DNA from: a virus
IMG/VR virus record: IMGVR_UViG_3300025121_000023
Location: 48,561 to 112,560 of that record
Reading direction: 5' to 3' (one strand)
DNA length: 64,000 nucleotides
Within the stretch, counting starts at the first letter, position 1; each line of letters starts with the position of its first letter. A program made the translations under genes and the position numbers. Below the pieces are notes generated by a model that had not been told where the DNA came from, did not search any database, and saw nothing but the letters and a program-made list of their open reading frames with translations. Below are positions 48,600-58,561 of this stretch, in pieces.

Positions 48600-49556
48600 T
48601 TAATTATTTTTACCTTTAATTTTTTTATTTTTATTAGTTTGTTTATTAATGATAGGTTGTTTAGCATTTTGTTGAATTTGACTTTGCATTTTTTTATTTT
48701 CTTCTTGTTTCTTATTTTCTTGTTCTTTTTGTATTTGTTCAAAACCTTTTTTCATTTGTACTTGTTTTTTAGCATCATATTTATCATCATTTTTAGGATT
48801 TTTAAGATTTTTATTTGCTTGTTCTTGATCTTTTTTTAATTGTTCTTTTTTTGATATTTGTGCTTGTGCTTGTTTAACTTCATCTTTTGTAACTACATGT
48901 TTTTGAGTTGTACCAGATATTTGTGGTTGTGTTGTATTAGATGATGGAATTTGTTTAACATTTTGTCTATGTTCTACACCTTTAATAAATTCTCTAATAA
49001 TATATTTATTATCTTTTTTATAATTTAATTCACCTTTTAACCATTCTTTATCTTCATTATTACTATATAAATCAAATATTTTTTTAAAATCAAAAATTAA
49101 ATACTGACCAGTTATTCCTTCACTATCTTTTTCAAAATCTTTTACATATTTTGAATATAATTTTGATTCATGTCTATTTAATTTGCCTAAAATTTGATTA
49201 GAAACTATATTATATTTATAAATAAATTTAGGATAATCTTTTGTTTTATCTTGTACTGGTTCTGAACTATGAACTTGGATTTTATAAATTATATATTTAT
49301 CTTTATAACTTTCCCCATTATGATCAGTTACATCCCAATTTCCATTATATTTAAAAGTAGTATAATAAAATTCTTTTTCTACTATACTTTTGCCATCTAT
49401 AGTTTTACCTATAAAATTTATCATATTTTTTTTAATAGATAATTTAACACTATTAATAATTCCTATAATATTATTTGTTATTTTTTTTATAATATCTTTA
49501 TCTTTTGCTACTGCAACTTCTTCATTAATAAAATTTTTATAATTCTTATACGACAT
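48600..49556 (-). CDS. Hypothetical protein with CTS-like leader
   Basis: Begins MSYKNYKNFINE and has a Q/K-rich tail. Confidence 0.7.
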   Translation of the reverse strand: MSYKNYKNFINEEVAVAKDKDIIKKITNNIIGIINSVKLSIKKNMINFIGKTIDGKSIVEKEFYYTTFKYNGNWDVTDHNGESYKDKYIIYKIQVHSSEPVQDKTKDYPKFIYKYNIVSNQILGKLNRHESKLYSKYVKDFEKDSEGITGQYLIFDFKKIFDLYSNNEDKEWLKGELNYKKDNKYIIREFIKGVEHRQNVKQIPSSNTTQPQISGTTQKHVVTKDEVKQAQAQISKKEQLKKDQEQANKNLKNPKNDDKYDAKKQVQMKKGFEQIQKEQENKKQEENKKMQSQIQQNAKQPIINKQTNKNKKIKGKNN

Positions 49557-49557
49557 T

Positions 49558-51711
49558 TTATTTATTTATTTTTTCATTGATTAATATTCTTTTCAAATTA
49601 TGGATATTATCAATAAATTCTGGATTAGTTGAAAATTTAAGTTCTGTCATATCTGATGTTATTCCATACTTTTCGTTTAATGTATCTAATATTGGTAATG
49701 GTCCATTTACTAATAATTTTTTAATAAAAATATCTACTGGATTTTTAGCATTTTTAGTTGATGCATCTAAAACAACCTTATTTGTTGTATCTAATCCAAA
49801 TCCATATAATTTATTTAAATTTTCTACCTTAAAATTTTTAATATTATATACTGATGTTCCTTTAGCTGTATACAAATACATTAAAATAATATTATTAGGT
49901 TTATAAGTTTCATAACCATCTTCACGTATTAAATGTTTTTGTGATGTTGCTACAATGTAAGTTGTTTGAAAATTAAAATCACCATTACCAAAATTTTTAA
50001 CAGTATCTTTAGGAACTAAACTTTTAACTAATGTATTATATTTAATATATTCTGTTATTTTAGTTATATCTTTTTCTGCTGCTAATTTTTCTAAATCAAC
50101 AGTTCCTAATAATCTATACACATAATGATTTTTACCTTCGATAACTATTTTATCTTGAACATAAATAAAATCACCATCTATTAATCTAAGTATACCACAT
50201 TTATCTTTATCACTAAATTTAGTTCTTGTTAATCCTAATGCTTTATTCTGTGATAATGATGCTTCAATTTTCATATTTTTAGATTTATCTACAATACTAC
50301 CTTTTTTATTGTTTTCTTCATCTAATTTTTGAAGTTGATCTGTATCTAATTTTTTCTTTAATACTCTTGGATCAATTTGATCTACAATCATAAATCTAGA
50401 AAATTTACCTTTTGAATCCTCTACCATTTTATCCCAAGTATTTTTTAACTTTAATCTAGCAGAAGTATCTGCTTTACCATAAATTCTTTCTGCTGCTAAT
50501 TGTATTTTTATAATAGATGATTTATTTTCTATTACATAATTTGTTAACTTTTCTTTTTCTGTTTTATTTTCAAATAATTTTGATAATCTTACATCATCAT
50601 ATTTAATATTTTTAAGTCCAATAAACCTAGATTCAAAACTAGTTAATTCATCACCTAATTTACGATCAACATTAAATCCTGTATTAATTCCTCTAAATTC
50701 TTCTGTTAATAAACTTTCATCAAATTTAGATATATTTGTATCATCATCTTTTGGATTTATTCTTTTGAGTATTATTTTTTTTCCTTTTGTAACATCTTCG
50801 ATAAGATCTTTCATATTTATTAATAAATTAACATTTGCTTGATATTTATTTAAATCATATTCCATTTCTTTTTTCTTACTATCACTTATTTTATTATCTT
50901 TTAATAATTCATTTATTTCATCAATGCCACCTTTATTAATTATTTGAATGGCTCTATTTATACTTTGTATTTCTTTTTTTAAATCATCAGCATTATCTAT
51001 ACCGTTTTCAATATCTGCTAATTGTTGTTTTATTTTATTATAGTACGTTTTTAAATCATCATCAGGTTCAACTTCTGTTTGAATAGTTACTTCATTATTT
51101 GTTTTTTTATTATCTATTGTTTTTTCTTTTTCTTTTGGTATTTCACCACTAGTATTACTATTATTATCAGCACTATTATTACCAGTACTACTAGTAACTG
51201 ATGTCTGTATATCAAATATTACTTGTATAATACCATTTTTAACTACAAATCCAGTACTATCTTTTTCATTGTTATAAGTTCCATCACTTACTACTTTACC
51301 CTCTTTATTAATAACTTTTGAACCTTTAACATAATTTGTTATAAGAGATTTATTTTCATTTACAAATTTAACAACATCCAGAATATTTATAATATTTCCT
51401 TCAACATCTTTTATTTTTGTAACATTATAAGATTCGTCCGGATCTATCATACTTATTCCGTGTTTTTTACAATATCTAACTAAATTAGCTAAGTATTCTC
51501 TTTGTAATGAATTTTTATATAATAATAATACACCTTCATTAACTTTTCTTTTCATAAAAGTAAATATATTAATAATGGCACTACCTACTAATGTATTTTC
51601 TGCACCTGCAAAATTTCCTTTAACATTTACAAATGGATCGTTGTTATCACCAACATCTTCTGTTATTTGTCTATATTCAACAAAATCATTATATTTATTT
51701 AAAATTTTCAT
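49558..51711 (-). CDS. Large hypothetical protein with CTS-like leader
   Basis: Begins MKILNKYNDFVE; 717 aa. Confidence 0.75.
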   Translation of the reverse strand: MKILNKYNDFVEYRQITEDVGDNNDPFVNVKGNFAGAENTLVGSAIINIFTFMKRKVNEGVLLLYKNSLQREYLANLVRYCKKHGISMIDPDESYNVTKIKDVEGNIINILDVVKFVNENKSLITNYVKGSKVINKEGKVVSDGTYNNEKDSTGFVVKNGIIQVIFDIQTSVTSSTGNNSADNNSNTSGEIPKEKEKTIDNKKTNNEVTIQTEVEPDDDLKTYYNKIKQQLADIENGIDNADDLKKEIQSINRAIQIINKGGIDEINELLKDNKISDSKKKEMEYDLNKYQANVNLLINMKDLIEDVTKGKKIILKRINPKDDDTNISKFDESLLTEEFRGINTGFNVDRKLGDELTSFESRFIGLKNIKYDDVRLSKLFENKTEKEKLTNYVIENKSSIIKIQLAAERIYGKADTSARLKLKNTWDKMVEDSKGKFSRFMIVDQIDPRVLKKKLDTDQLQKLDEENNKKGSIVDKSKNMKIEASLSQNKALGLTRTKFSDKDKCGILRLIDGDFIYVQDKIVIEGKNHYVYRLLGTVDLEKLAAEKDITKITEYIKYNTLVKSLVPKDTVKNFGNGDFNFQTTYIVATSQKHLIREDGYETYKPNNIILMYLYTAKGTSVYNIKNFKVENLNKLYGFGLDTTNKVVLDASTKNAKNPVDIFIKKLLVNGPLPILDTLNEKYGITSDMTELKFSTNPEFIDNIHNLKRILINEKINK

Positions 51712-51787
51712 ATTAATTACTTGATATTTTTGTATAACTATATATTATTTTTTCAAACTACAATAATTATGTATTCTTTAATTTTTA

Positions 51788-52954
51788 TCATAAATTTTTA
51801 TCAATAAAATATCTTTCGAATCTTACCCCTTTGTATATATATTTTCTTCCAAATATAGTAAAATAATCATCTGTAAATATTGGTCTTTCTACATGATTAA
51901 TACTATCGAATATTACAACACCTCTATAAAAAATTTTAAACGGTTCACCATCACTAATATATGTTTGATAAAAATCTTTTATTTTAGGCGATTTAAATGT
52001 TTTTACTGGTATATTATCTTTTGGATTAACTTTTGTATTATGTTGATCTGTTCCACGTGGAACAATTTCAATATCATCTATTTTAGATTCTTCTTCTATA
52101 ATTATATTTTCTATTTCATTTGAAACTTCAATAGTCTTTTCAACTTCAACTATTTTATCTATATACACAATCTTTTCAACTTCTTTTGGAACTTCAACTA
52201 TCTTTTCAACTTCAACTATTTTATCTATATACACAATCTTTTCAACTTCAACTATTTTTTCTATTTCTTTATCTACATATACAATCTTTTCAACTTCAAC
52301 TATTTTATCTACATATACAATCTTTTCAACTTCTTTTGGAACTTCAACTATCTTTTCAACTTCAACTATCTTTTCAACTTCAACAATTTTTTCTATTTCT
52401 TTATCTACATATATAATCTTTTCAACTTCAACTATTTTTTCTATTTCTTTATCTACATATATAATCTTTTCAACTTCTTTTGGAATTTCAACAATTTTAT
52501 GTATTGGGTTTTCTATAATTTCATCTATTTTTGGTTCTACTTTTAAATATTCCATCATATTATCTGTATATTCATTAGATGATTTATTTACTACATCTAT
52601 TAACATTTGATTAATTAAATCTTGATTAATATTATTAGGTTTTGGTTCTATTTCAACTTTAAATACATTTATTTCTTCTTTAACAATATTTGCTATTTCT
52701 TCTAAATCTTTTTTATCTTTTTGATTTTCGGTTTCTTCTATTTTTTTATAAAGTTCTTCTAACTTATTATTTAATTTATTAATATCCCCTTTTAATTCAT
52801 TTTTAATTTCATTTTTAATCTTAGATTTATTTATTAAGGGTTTAGGTGTATCTATAGGCTTATCTTCCTTTATTTTTTCGGGTTTAGTTTTTTTAATTTG
52901 CATTTCTTCTTTATCCCAGAATTCATTATATTTTTTATTTGTAATTTTAGCCAT
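51788..52954 (-). CDS. Low-complexity EKIVEV/EKIVYVD repeat protein
   Basis: About 20 short V/I/E/K repeats at roughly 52130-52500; contains parS copy 2. Confidence 0.75.
   Translation of the reverse strand: MAKITNKKYNEFWDKEEMQIKKTKPEKIKEDKPIDTPKPLINKSKIKNEIKNELKGDINKLNNKLEELYKKIEETENQKDKKDLEEIANIVKEEINVFKVEIEPKPNNINQDLINQMLIDVVNKSSNEYTDNMMEYLKVEPKIDEIIENPIHKIVEIPKEVEKIIYVDKEIEKIVEVEKIIYVDKEIEKIVEVEKIVEVEKIVEVPKEVEKIVYVDKIVEVEKIVYVDKEIEKIVEVEKIVYIDKIVEVEKIVEVPKEVEKIVYIDKIVEVEKTIEVSNEIENIIIEEESKIDDIEIVPRGTDQHNTKVNPKDNIPVKTFKSPKIKDFYQTYISDGEPFKIFYRGVVIFDSINHVERPIFTDDYFTIFGRKYIYKGVRFERYFIDKNL
52049..52064. promoter_or_regulatory. parS-consensus palindrome (copy 2)
   Basis: TGTTCCACGTGGAACA. 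Confidence 0.75.
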
Positions 52955-53042
52955 ATTTTATAAATTATTCTGTCGTTTTTTTCTTAGACATTTTTGCTTT
53001 TTATTTTTAATATATACCATATATATAAAAATAAGAAGAGCT

Positions 53043-53816
53043 ATGAGTAAATTGATCCGTTATAACCAATATAATTTTTTAAAAGAAAATTTTCCTATGC
53101 AATTAATTAAGGAAAGCACGGAATTCGCTGACATGCAGCTTGGTCAAGCAACTAACCCATTAGGTCCTGGGTTTGGATTTGCTACTGATCCAACTATGAG
53201 CATATACTCAGATGATTCATCACCCTATATAGATAATTATTCAAGAATGAGTCAAATGGTATCGGATTTAGGTAGAGTTATGAAAGATATACATACAGCA
53301 TTAAAAGGTGCAGGAACATCAAAATATGATTATTTTCTTGAAGATATAGATGAATATAAATCATTAAAAATATTAAGAATATTTATTAATACAGAATTAA
53401 AATTAGATATATATGTATCGTTTATTTTTATGGATGATGAGTTCTTTGGTGTATTTAGAAGTTTCAATGGAATAAATAAACCAAAATTTGATACAGATTT
53501 ATTAACTGATAAAAGATTTAATTATTTTGATAAAGAATATTATATCAAATTAAATAATTATTTTTATAAAATTATCTATAATTGGTTTATACCAGAAATA
53601 GGCAATTATAAAGTATTAAGTGATGATTTTAAAGTTAAAAATTCAATAGGTGATGATATTATAATTAAAAAGAATACAACAATTTATTTAAAAGGATATA
53701 ATACTGATCCTAATAATGATCCATATTTAATAATTAGATATAAAGATGAAATATATAAAATAATTAAAAATAATTATTATTACTTTAAATACTGGTGTCA
53801 AAAATTAAAAAATTAA
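53043..53816 (+). CDS. Hypothetical protein with CTS-like leader
   Basis: Begins MSKLIRYNQYNFLKE. Confidence 0.7.
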   Translation: MSKLIRYNQYNFLKENFPMQLIKESTEFADMQLGQATNPLGPGFGFATDPTMSIYSDDSSPYIDNYSRMSQMVSDLGRVMKDIHTALKGAGTSKYDYFLEDIDEYKSLKILRIFINTELKLDIYVSFIFMDDEFFGVFRSFNGINKPKFDTDLLTDKRFNYFDKEYYIKLNNYFYKIIYNWFIPEIGNYKVLSDDFKVKNSIGDDIIIKKNTTIYLKGYNTDPNNDPYLIIRYKDEIYKIIKNNYYYFKYWCQKLKN

Positions 53817-53832
53817 TAAATAATATAATTAT

Positions 53833-54108
53833 ATGAAAGGTTATAACAATTATATAAATGAAAAAAAGAAAACAAAAAATATAGAAACACTATCTAAATT
53901 AAAAGATTATATTATAATAAAAGATGATATAGGAGAATTCTATTTTGTAAATAATATTACTAAAACAACTTGTGGAGAAAAAAATAAAATGAATAAAAAT
54001 TTTAAAGATTTTAAAACAGATGAAGACGGAAGAATATTAGCAGAATGTATCAATTGTAAAACAAAAGGATTATTATTAGATCATATAGATGAAATCATTT
54101 TCAAATAA
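53833..54108 (+). CDS. Small hypothetical protein
   Basis: Begins MKGYNNYINE and contains CxxC. Confidence 0.6.
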   Translation: MKGYNNYINEKKKTKNIETLSKLKDYIIIKDDIGEFYFVNNITKTTCGEKNKMNKNFKDFKTDEDGRILAECINCKTKGLLLDHIDEIIFK

Positions 54109-54109
54109 T

Positions 54110-56026
54110 TTAAATATATTTTTTAATCATATTAATTAAATCTTTCTTAATAATTGGTTTAGTTAAATATCCATTACATCCAGAATTTAATGCATATTCT
54201 TTATCTTCAGATAATGCATAAGCAGTTACTATAATTATAGGTATATATTTATCTATTTCTCTTATTTTTTTAGTTGCTCCATATCCATCTAAAATAGGCA
54301 TTTTTACATCCATCAATATCATATCAATGTTAGAATTTCTTTCAAATTCTAACACCGCATCTAATCCATTAGTAACTCTTATTAAATTAAGTTCGTATTT
54401 TAATAACATTTTTGATATTAATAAATAATTTATATCTTCATCTTCTGCAATTAAAATAGTTTTATCTTTTATTTTTAATTCATCGAATTTTATATTTTCA
54501 TCTTTTTTTTCCTTTAAAGTATCATTATCAATTTGAATTGTAAAATAAAAAATAGAACCATTATCCATATTAGATTCAATCCATATTTTTCCACCCAATA
54601 AAGTTATTAAAGATTTAGAAATAGATAAACCTAATCCATTACCACCATAAATTTTATTTAATCCAAGATCTACTTGTCTAAATCTATCAAATATTATTTC
54701 TCTATTTTCTTCTTTAATACCAATACCAGTATCTTTAACATAAAATTTAACATACTTATTTATTATTTCATATCCAAATTCTACATATCCATAATCAGTA
54801 AATTTTAATGCATTTGATAATAAATTAATTAAAATTTGTTCTAATCTAACTTTATCAGTACTTATAACTATATTTTTAATATCTTCATTATAGATTAAAT
54901 TAACATCTGATTTAGAATTTTCATTTTTAAAAATTTCAAATAAATGCGACATAATTGGTTTTAGTTCGATTTTTTCTTTTGTTATTATTAATTGATTAGC
55001 TTCAATTTTGGATATATCTATTAAATCATTTATTATTTTTATTAATTGTTCAGAACTTTTATTAATATAATTTATGTAAGTTTTTATTTTATCTGGTCTT
55101 ATATCATTTGTTGCAAATAAACTAGAAAACCCAACTATACTATTTAATGGTGTCCTAATTTCATGAGACATATTAGCAAGAAATGCTGATTTTAATTTAT
55201 CACTTTCGATTGCTTTATTTTTAGCCTTTCGTAATGATATATTTTGTTTTTTTAATTTTTCTTCTATTTTAATTTTATCTGTAATATCTTCTTTAATAAC
55301 CATAAAATTATAAATTTCATCATTATTATTTTTTATCGGATTAATAATTGTTTTTTCAATATATATATCACCATTTTTCTTTTTATTAATAAGATTACCT
55401 TCCCATATATTACCTGTTACTATAGTTTTCCATAAATTTTCAAATGTTTTTTTAGGTATTAAATTAGAATTTAATATTCTATGATTTTTACCAATAACAT
55501 CTTTAATATTATATCCTGTTAATTTTGTAAAATATGGATTAACATATTCTATTATACCATTTTTATCAGTAATAATCATAGTTAATGGTAATTGATCAAT
55601 GGCTGTTTTTAGTTTTTTGTTTTCTTCTTCTTGTTTTTTACGGTGACTTATATCATTAATAATTATAAACATACTATCATAACCATTTATTACAGGTGAT
55701 GCATAAACTTCAACATCTTTTAATTCACCATTTTTTAATTTATGGATAAAATTAAAAAAATTAGAATCATTTTTCATAGCTTTCATCATTAAATTATCTA
55801 TATATTGTGGTTCTAAACAGTTTATATCATATATTGTTTTATTTAATATTTCTTCTTTTGTATATCCATAAAATTTTATTGCTGAATTATTAACATCAAT
55901 TATCTGTTTAGTTCTATAATCAATTTGCAACATCATTGCTTTATTATTAGTAAAAAAGGATTTAAACTTTTCTTCACTTTTTTCTAATTTTTTTTCTAAT
56001 TCATCGTATGTAGGTTTATCTTTCAT
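54110..56026 (-). CDS. Hybrid sensor histidine kinase (PAS-PAS-HisKA-HATPase-REC)
   Basis: H-box FLANMSHEIRTPLN, N-box NLLSNALKFT, DTGIGI, GLGLSI and receiver AEDE...LMDVKMP...GYLTKP. Confidence 0.93.
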   Translation of the reverse strand: MKDKPTYDELEKKLEKSEEKFKSFFTNNKAMMLQIDYRTKQIIDVNNSAIKFYGYTKEEILNKTIYDINCLEPQYIDNLMMKAMKNDSNFFNFIHKLKNGELKDVEVYASPVINGYDSMFIIINDISHRKKQEEENKKLKTAIDQLPLTMIITDKNGIIEYVNPYFTKLTGYNIKDVIGKNHRILNSNLIPKKTFENLWKTIVTGNIWEGNLINKKKNGDIYIEKTIINPIKNNNDEIYNFMVIKEDITDKIKIEEKLKKQNISLRKAKNKAIESDKLKSAFLANMSHEIRTPLNSIVGFSSLFATNDIRPDKIKTYINYINKSSEQLIKIINDLIDISKIEANQLIITKEKIELKPIMSHLFEIFKNENSKSDVNLIYNEDIKNIVISTDKVRLEQILINLLSNALKFTDYGYVEFGYEIINKYVKFYVKDTGIGIKEENREIIFDRFRQVDLGLNKIYGGNGLGLSISKSLITLLGGKIWIESNMDNGSIFYFTIQIDNDTLKEKKDENIKFDELKIKDKTILIAEDEDINYLLISKMLLKYELNLIRVTNGLDAVLEFERNSNIDMILMDVKMPILDGYGATKKIREIDKYIPIIIVTAYALSEDKEYALNSGCNGYLTKPIIKKDLINMIKKYI

Positions 56027-56027
56027 T

Positions 56028-57569
56028 TTATATTAAATTTTCATATATATATTTTAAATTGCCAGAATTATAAATTCTATAAATTCCTCTTTCTAACATA
56101 ATTTCATGTTCTGTTTTATTTTTATTAAATCCTTTTTTAACTAAAATATCTTTTCTAAATCCAAATCTATATTGTTTTATTCCATCTATTATATAATGAT
56201 AATTTGGTTTAGTTTTATATATAAAATTAAAACCAATAATTTCATATAATTTTCCATTCGAATGACTTCTATCCGCATATGTAATTATATTTTTAAAATC
56301 ATATTTTTTTATAAAATATTTAAATAATTTTGAAGCACCACCTATTACATTAGTGTTTAATTTATTACAAAACCTTAACATTTCATATAATTTTTCGTTA
56401 TATTTTTGTCCAAGCGGTTTCCTCGTTTTACCAAAAGTCATTAAACTAACTAATTCATTTTCATAAAACAATCCTAATTTAATTGATGATCCTACAAAAC
56501 CTTGAATATGATTTTCATTTAAAAATCCTCTAACTAATTTATTATCAGTTATTTCTTTAATTTCAGTTTTTCTTGCATAAATTTTATTTGGATTTTTACT
56601 TAACTTATTTAAAATCATTGATTTAACTATATCCTGTTTATAAATCCAATCATCTTCATAAATATGTATAAGTTGAATATTTTGCTTTTCACATAATTCG
56701 GTTTTCATAAGATGGTAATTTTTATCTTTATTTAATTCATTATGCCAATTAAATCCATTAAATTCAAATGCTAATTTTAAATCAGGTAAGTAAATATCTA
56801 ATTCATAAGGTTTAATTTTTTGTCTATCATTTTTTATAATTTTACCATTATAATTATTTTTAATGAAATTATAAAATATATCTTCTATTCCAAAAATTGT
56901 TCTACCTATTTTATGACACTTTGTACATAAAATAGATTTAATTTCTTTTCTATTATATAATAAATCATATTTTATATTAAATGTATGATTTTTATTTTGA
57001 TCACAATCTATTTTTATTATTTTGTTTTCATAATTCCCACTAATAATATTTAAATCTTTATGTTTATTTCTTAATCTAAATATCCAAGATTCCGATAATG
57101 TTTTTTTCTTTTTTTCTTTAATGTTTTTTAATTTAGATACATTATCAACATTATATTTTTCTTTTAACGTATTTATCATTTTATTTTTAATATTATTATT
57201 CATTAAAGCTGATTCAACACCATATTTTTCTAACATTATTTTTTTATTTTTAATCTGATATTCTTTTAATTTAAATATTGAATCTTCACCATATCGTTCT
57301 TTTAGAGTGTTCTTAATTTTTATATTTTTGCATTTTGTACAATAATATTTTTCGGTATGGTTTTTTGTTTGTGTTATATAATTTTTATAAATAATTGATT
57401 TAACAATATTACAATTCATACATTTTACACTAATCTTAATATGAGAACCTAAAGGTAAATCTAATAGTTTTATCTTTAACATATCATCATTTAATATATA
57501 TCCTTTTGATTTATAATATTTTCTATTAATATTTGTTATATTAACAAATATTTCTTCATTTACTATCAT
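56028..57569 (-). CDS. Hef-like endonuclease with GNAT/Mom-like C-terminal domain (family C)
   Basis: Same architecture as 25594 and 34426. Confidence 0.7.
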   Translation of the reverse strand: MIVNEEIFVNITNINRKYYKSKGYILNDDMLKIKLLDLPLGSHIKISVKCMNCNIVKSIIYKNYITQTKNHTEKYYCTKCKNIKIKNTLKERYGEDSIFKLKEYQIKNKKIMLEKYGVESALMNNNIKNKMINTLKEKYNVDNVSKLKNIKEKKKKTLSESWIFRLRNKHKDLNIISGNYENKIIKIDCDQNKNHTFNIKYDLLYNRKEIKSILCTKCHKIGRTIFGIEDIFYNFIKNNYNGKIIKNDRQKIKPYELDIYLPDLKLAFEFNGFNWHNELNKDKNYHLMKTELCEKQNIQLIHIYEDDWIYKQDIVKSMILNKLSKNPNKIYARKTEIKEITDNKLVRGFLNENHIQGFVGSSIKLGLFYENELVSLMTFGKTRKPLGQKYNEKLYEMLRFCNKLNTNVIGGASKLFKYFIKKYDFKNIITYADRSHSNGKLYEIIGFNFIYKTKPNYHYIIDGIKQYRFGFRKDILVKKGFNKNKTEHEIMLERGIYRIYNSGNLKYIYENLI

Positions 57570-57574
57570 AAACC

Positions 57575-58474
57575 TTATTTCTTTTTAACAAATGAATATA
57601 ATTTCCATTCATTTATATTATCTATTTTTTTATATTTATTTAATTGATTTATAAATGATAAACTTGTAGTTTGGTCAGGTAAAGATAATATTGTTTTGAA
57701 TGTTCCTTCTAATTTTCTATCAACATATAGTTTTATTAAACTATCTTTTTTTCCTTGTGCTCCTAAAATTGCAATATAATTATTTCCTATTACTGATTTT
57801 AAAAATGCTATTTTCATTAATCCTTGTTTTTTCTTATCAAAATATTCATTTTCCCAAGGATTTTCTAAATTTAAAATTGTTTCTGTATCTTTTACTTCAA
57901 TAGATGTAATACCTTGTTCTTGAATTTTAGTTTCGTCTTCATCTTCTATTAAACCTTGTTGTACTAACTTAAATTGATTTCTACGAATCATATTAAAATC
58001 TGCTGCTGCATATGTAGTATCGGTCATCACTCTATCGTTTCGTTTATATCCAATTGGTGGTAATCTAAAAAAATCACCTACAAACATCATTGATTTCATA
58101 TTCGATGTTTTAAATAATCTCCATACTTTTTTAGTATTTTTCTTTTCTGATACAGACCAACCATCTAAGTGCCAACCTCTTACAAGAACATTACCAGTAT
58201 TTGTGTTTCTACCTAAAACTAAAGGACATATAACTCTTTCACGACCACCTCTCCAAGAATCTTTATCACCTCTATAATTAATTAAAATAATCATACCGAA
58301 TTGAATAGCTTTAATCATAAGTTCTCTATTATAAGGAATAGGTTTATTAACAGGAAAATTCTTAATTAAATCTGGGTTTATTTTATCTTCATTTAATCGT
58401 TGCCAATTAACACGAGGGCTCATATATAAATCACCTCTATTATAATATAATTTGTAATGTTCTCTCTTCATCAA
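57575..58474 (-). CDS. WYL-domain-like protein
   Basis: INYRG....RERVICPLVLG....VLVRGW....WRLFKTSNM fits the WYL pattern; no HTH is seen. Confidence 0.55.
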   Translation of the reverse strand: MMKREHYKLYYNRGDLYMSPRVNWQRLNEDKINPDLIKNFPVNKPIPYNRELMIKAIQFGMIILINYRGDKDSWRGGRERVICPLVLGRNTNTGNVLVRGWHLDGWSVSEKKNTKKVWRLFKTSNMKSMMFVGDFFRLPPIGYKRNDRVMTDTTYAAADFNMIRRNQFKLVQQGLIEDEDETKIQEQGITSIEVKDTETILNLENPWENEYFDKKKQGLMKIAFLKSVIGNNYIAILGAQGKKDSLIKLYVDRKLEGTFKTILSLPDQTTSLSFINQLNKYKKIDNINEWKLYSFVKKK

Positions 58475-58561
58475 ATGAAATACTTTTTACATATATATTA
58501 AAAAAGTATAACTAAAATAAATGATAAAGTGAAAATATTAATTTTTTTAAAAAGGCATAAA

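Noticed and set aside
699-57903. Short antisense or overlapping ORFs in the track (e.g. 699, 1234, 3470, 8034, 12227, 14579, 15277, 17400, 19851, 21429, 23058, 25785, 27535, 31538, 33738, 33907, 36995, 41366, 46806, 47084, 48391, 48639, 49577, 51893, 52186, 57700)
   Set aside because: They are shadows of longer genes, with the F/L/I/S-rich composition typical of antisense frames in AT-rich DNA.
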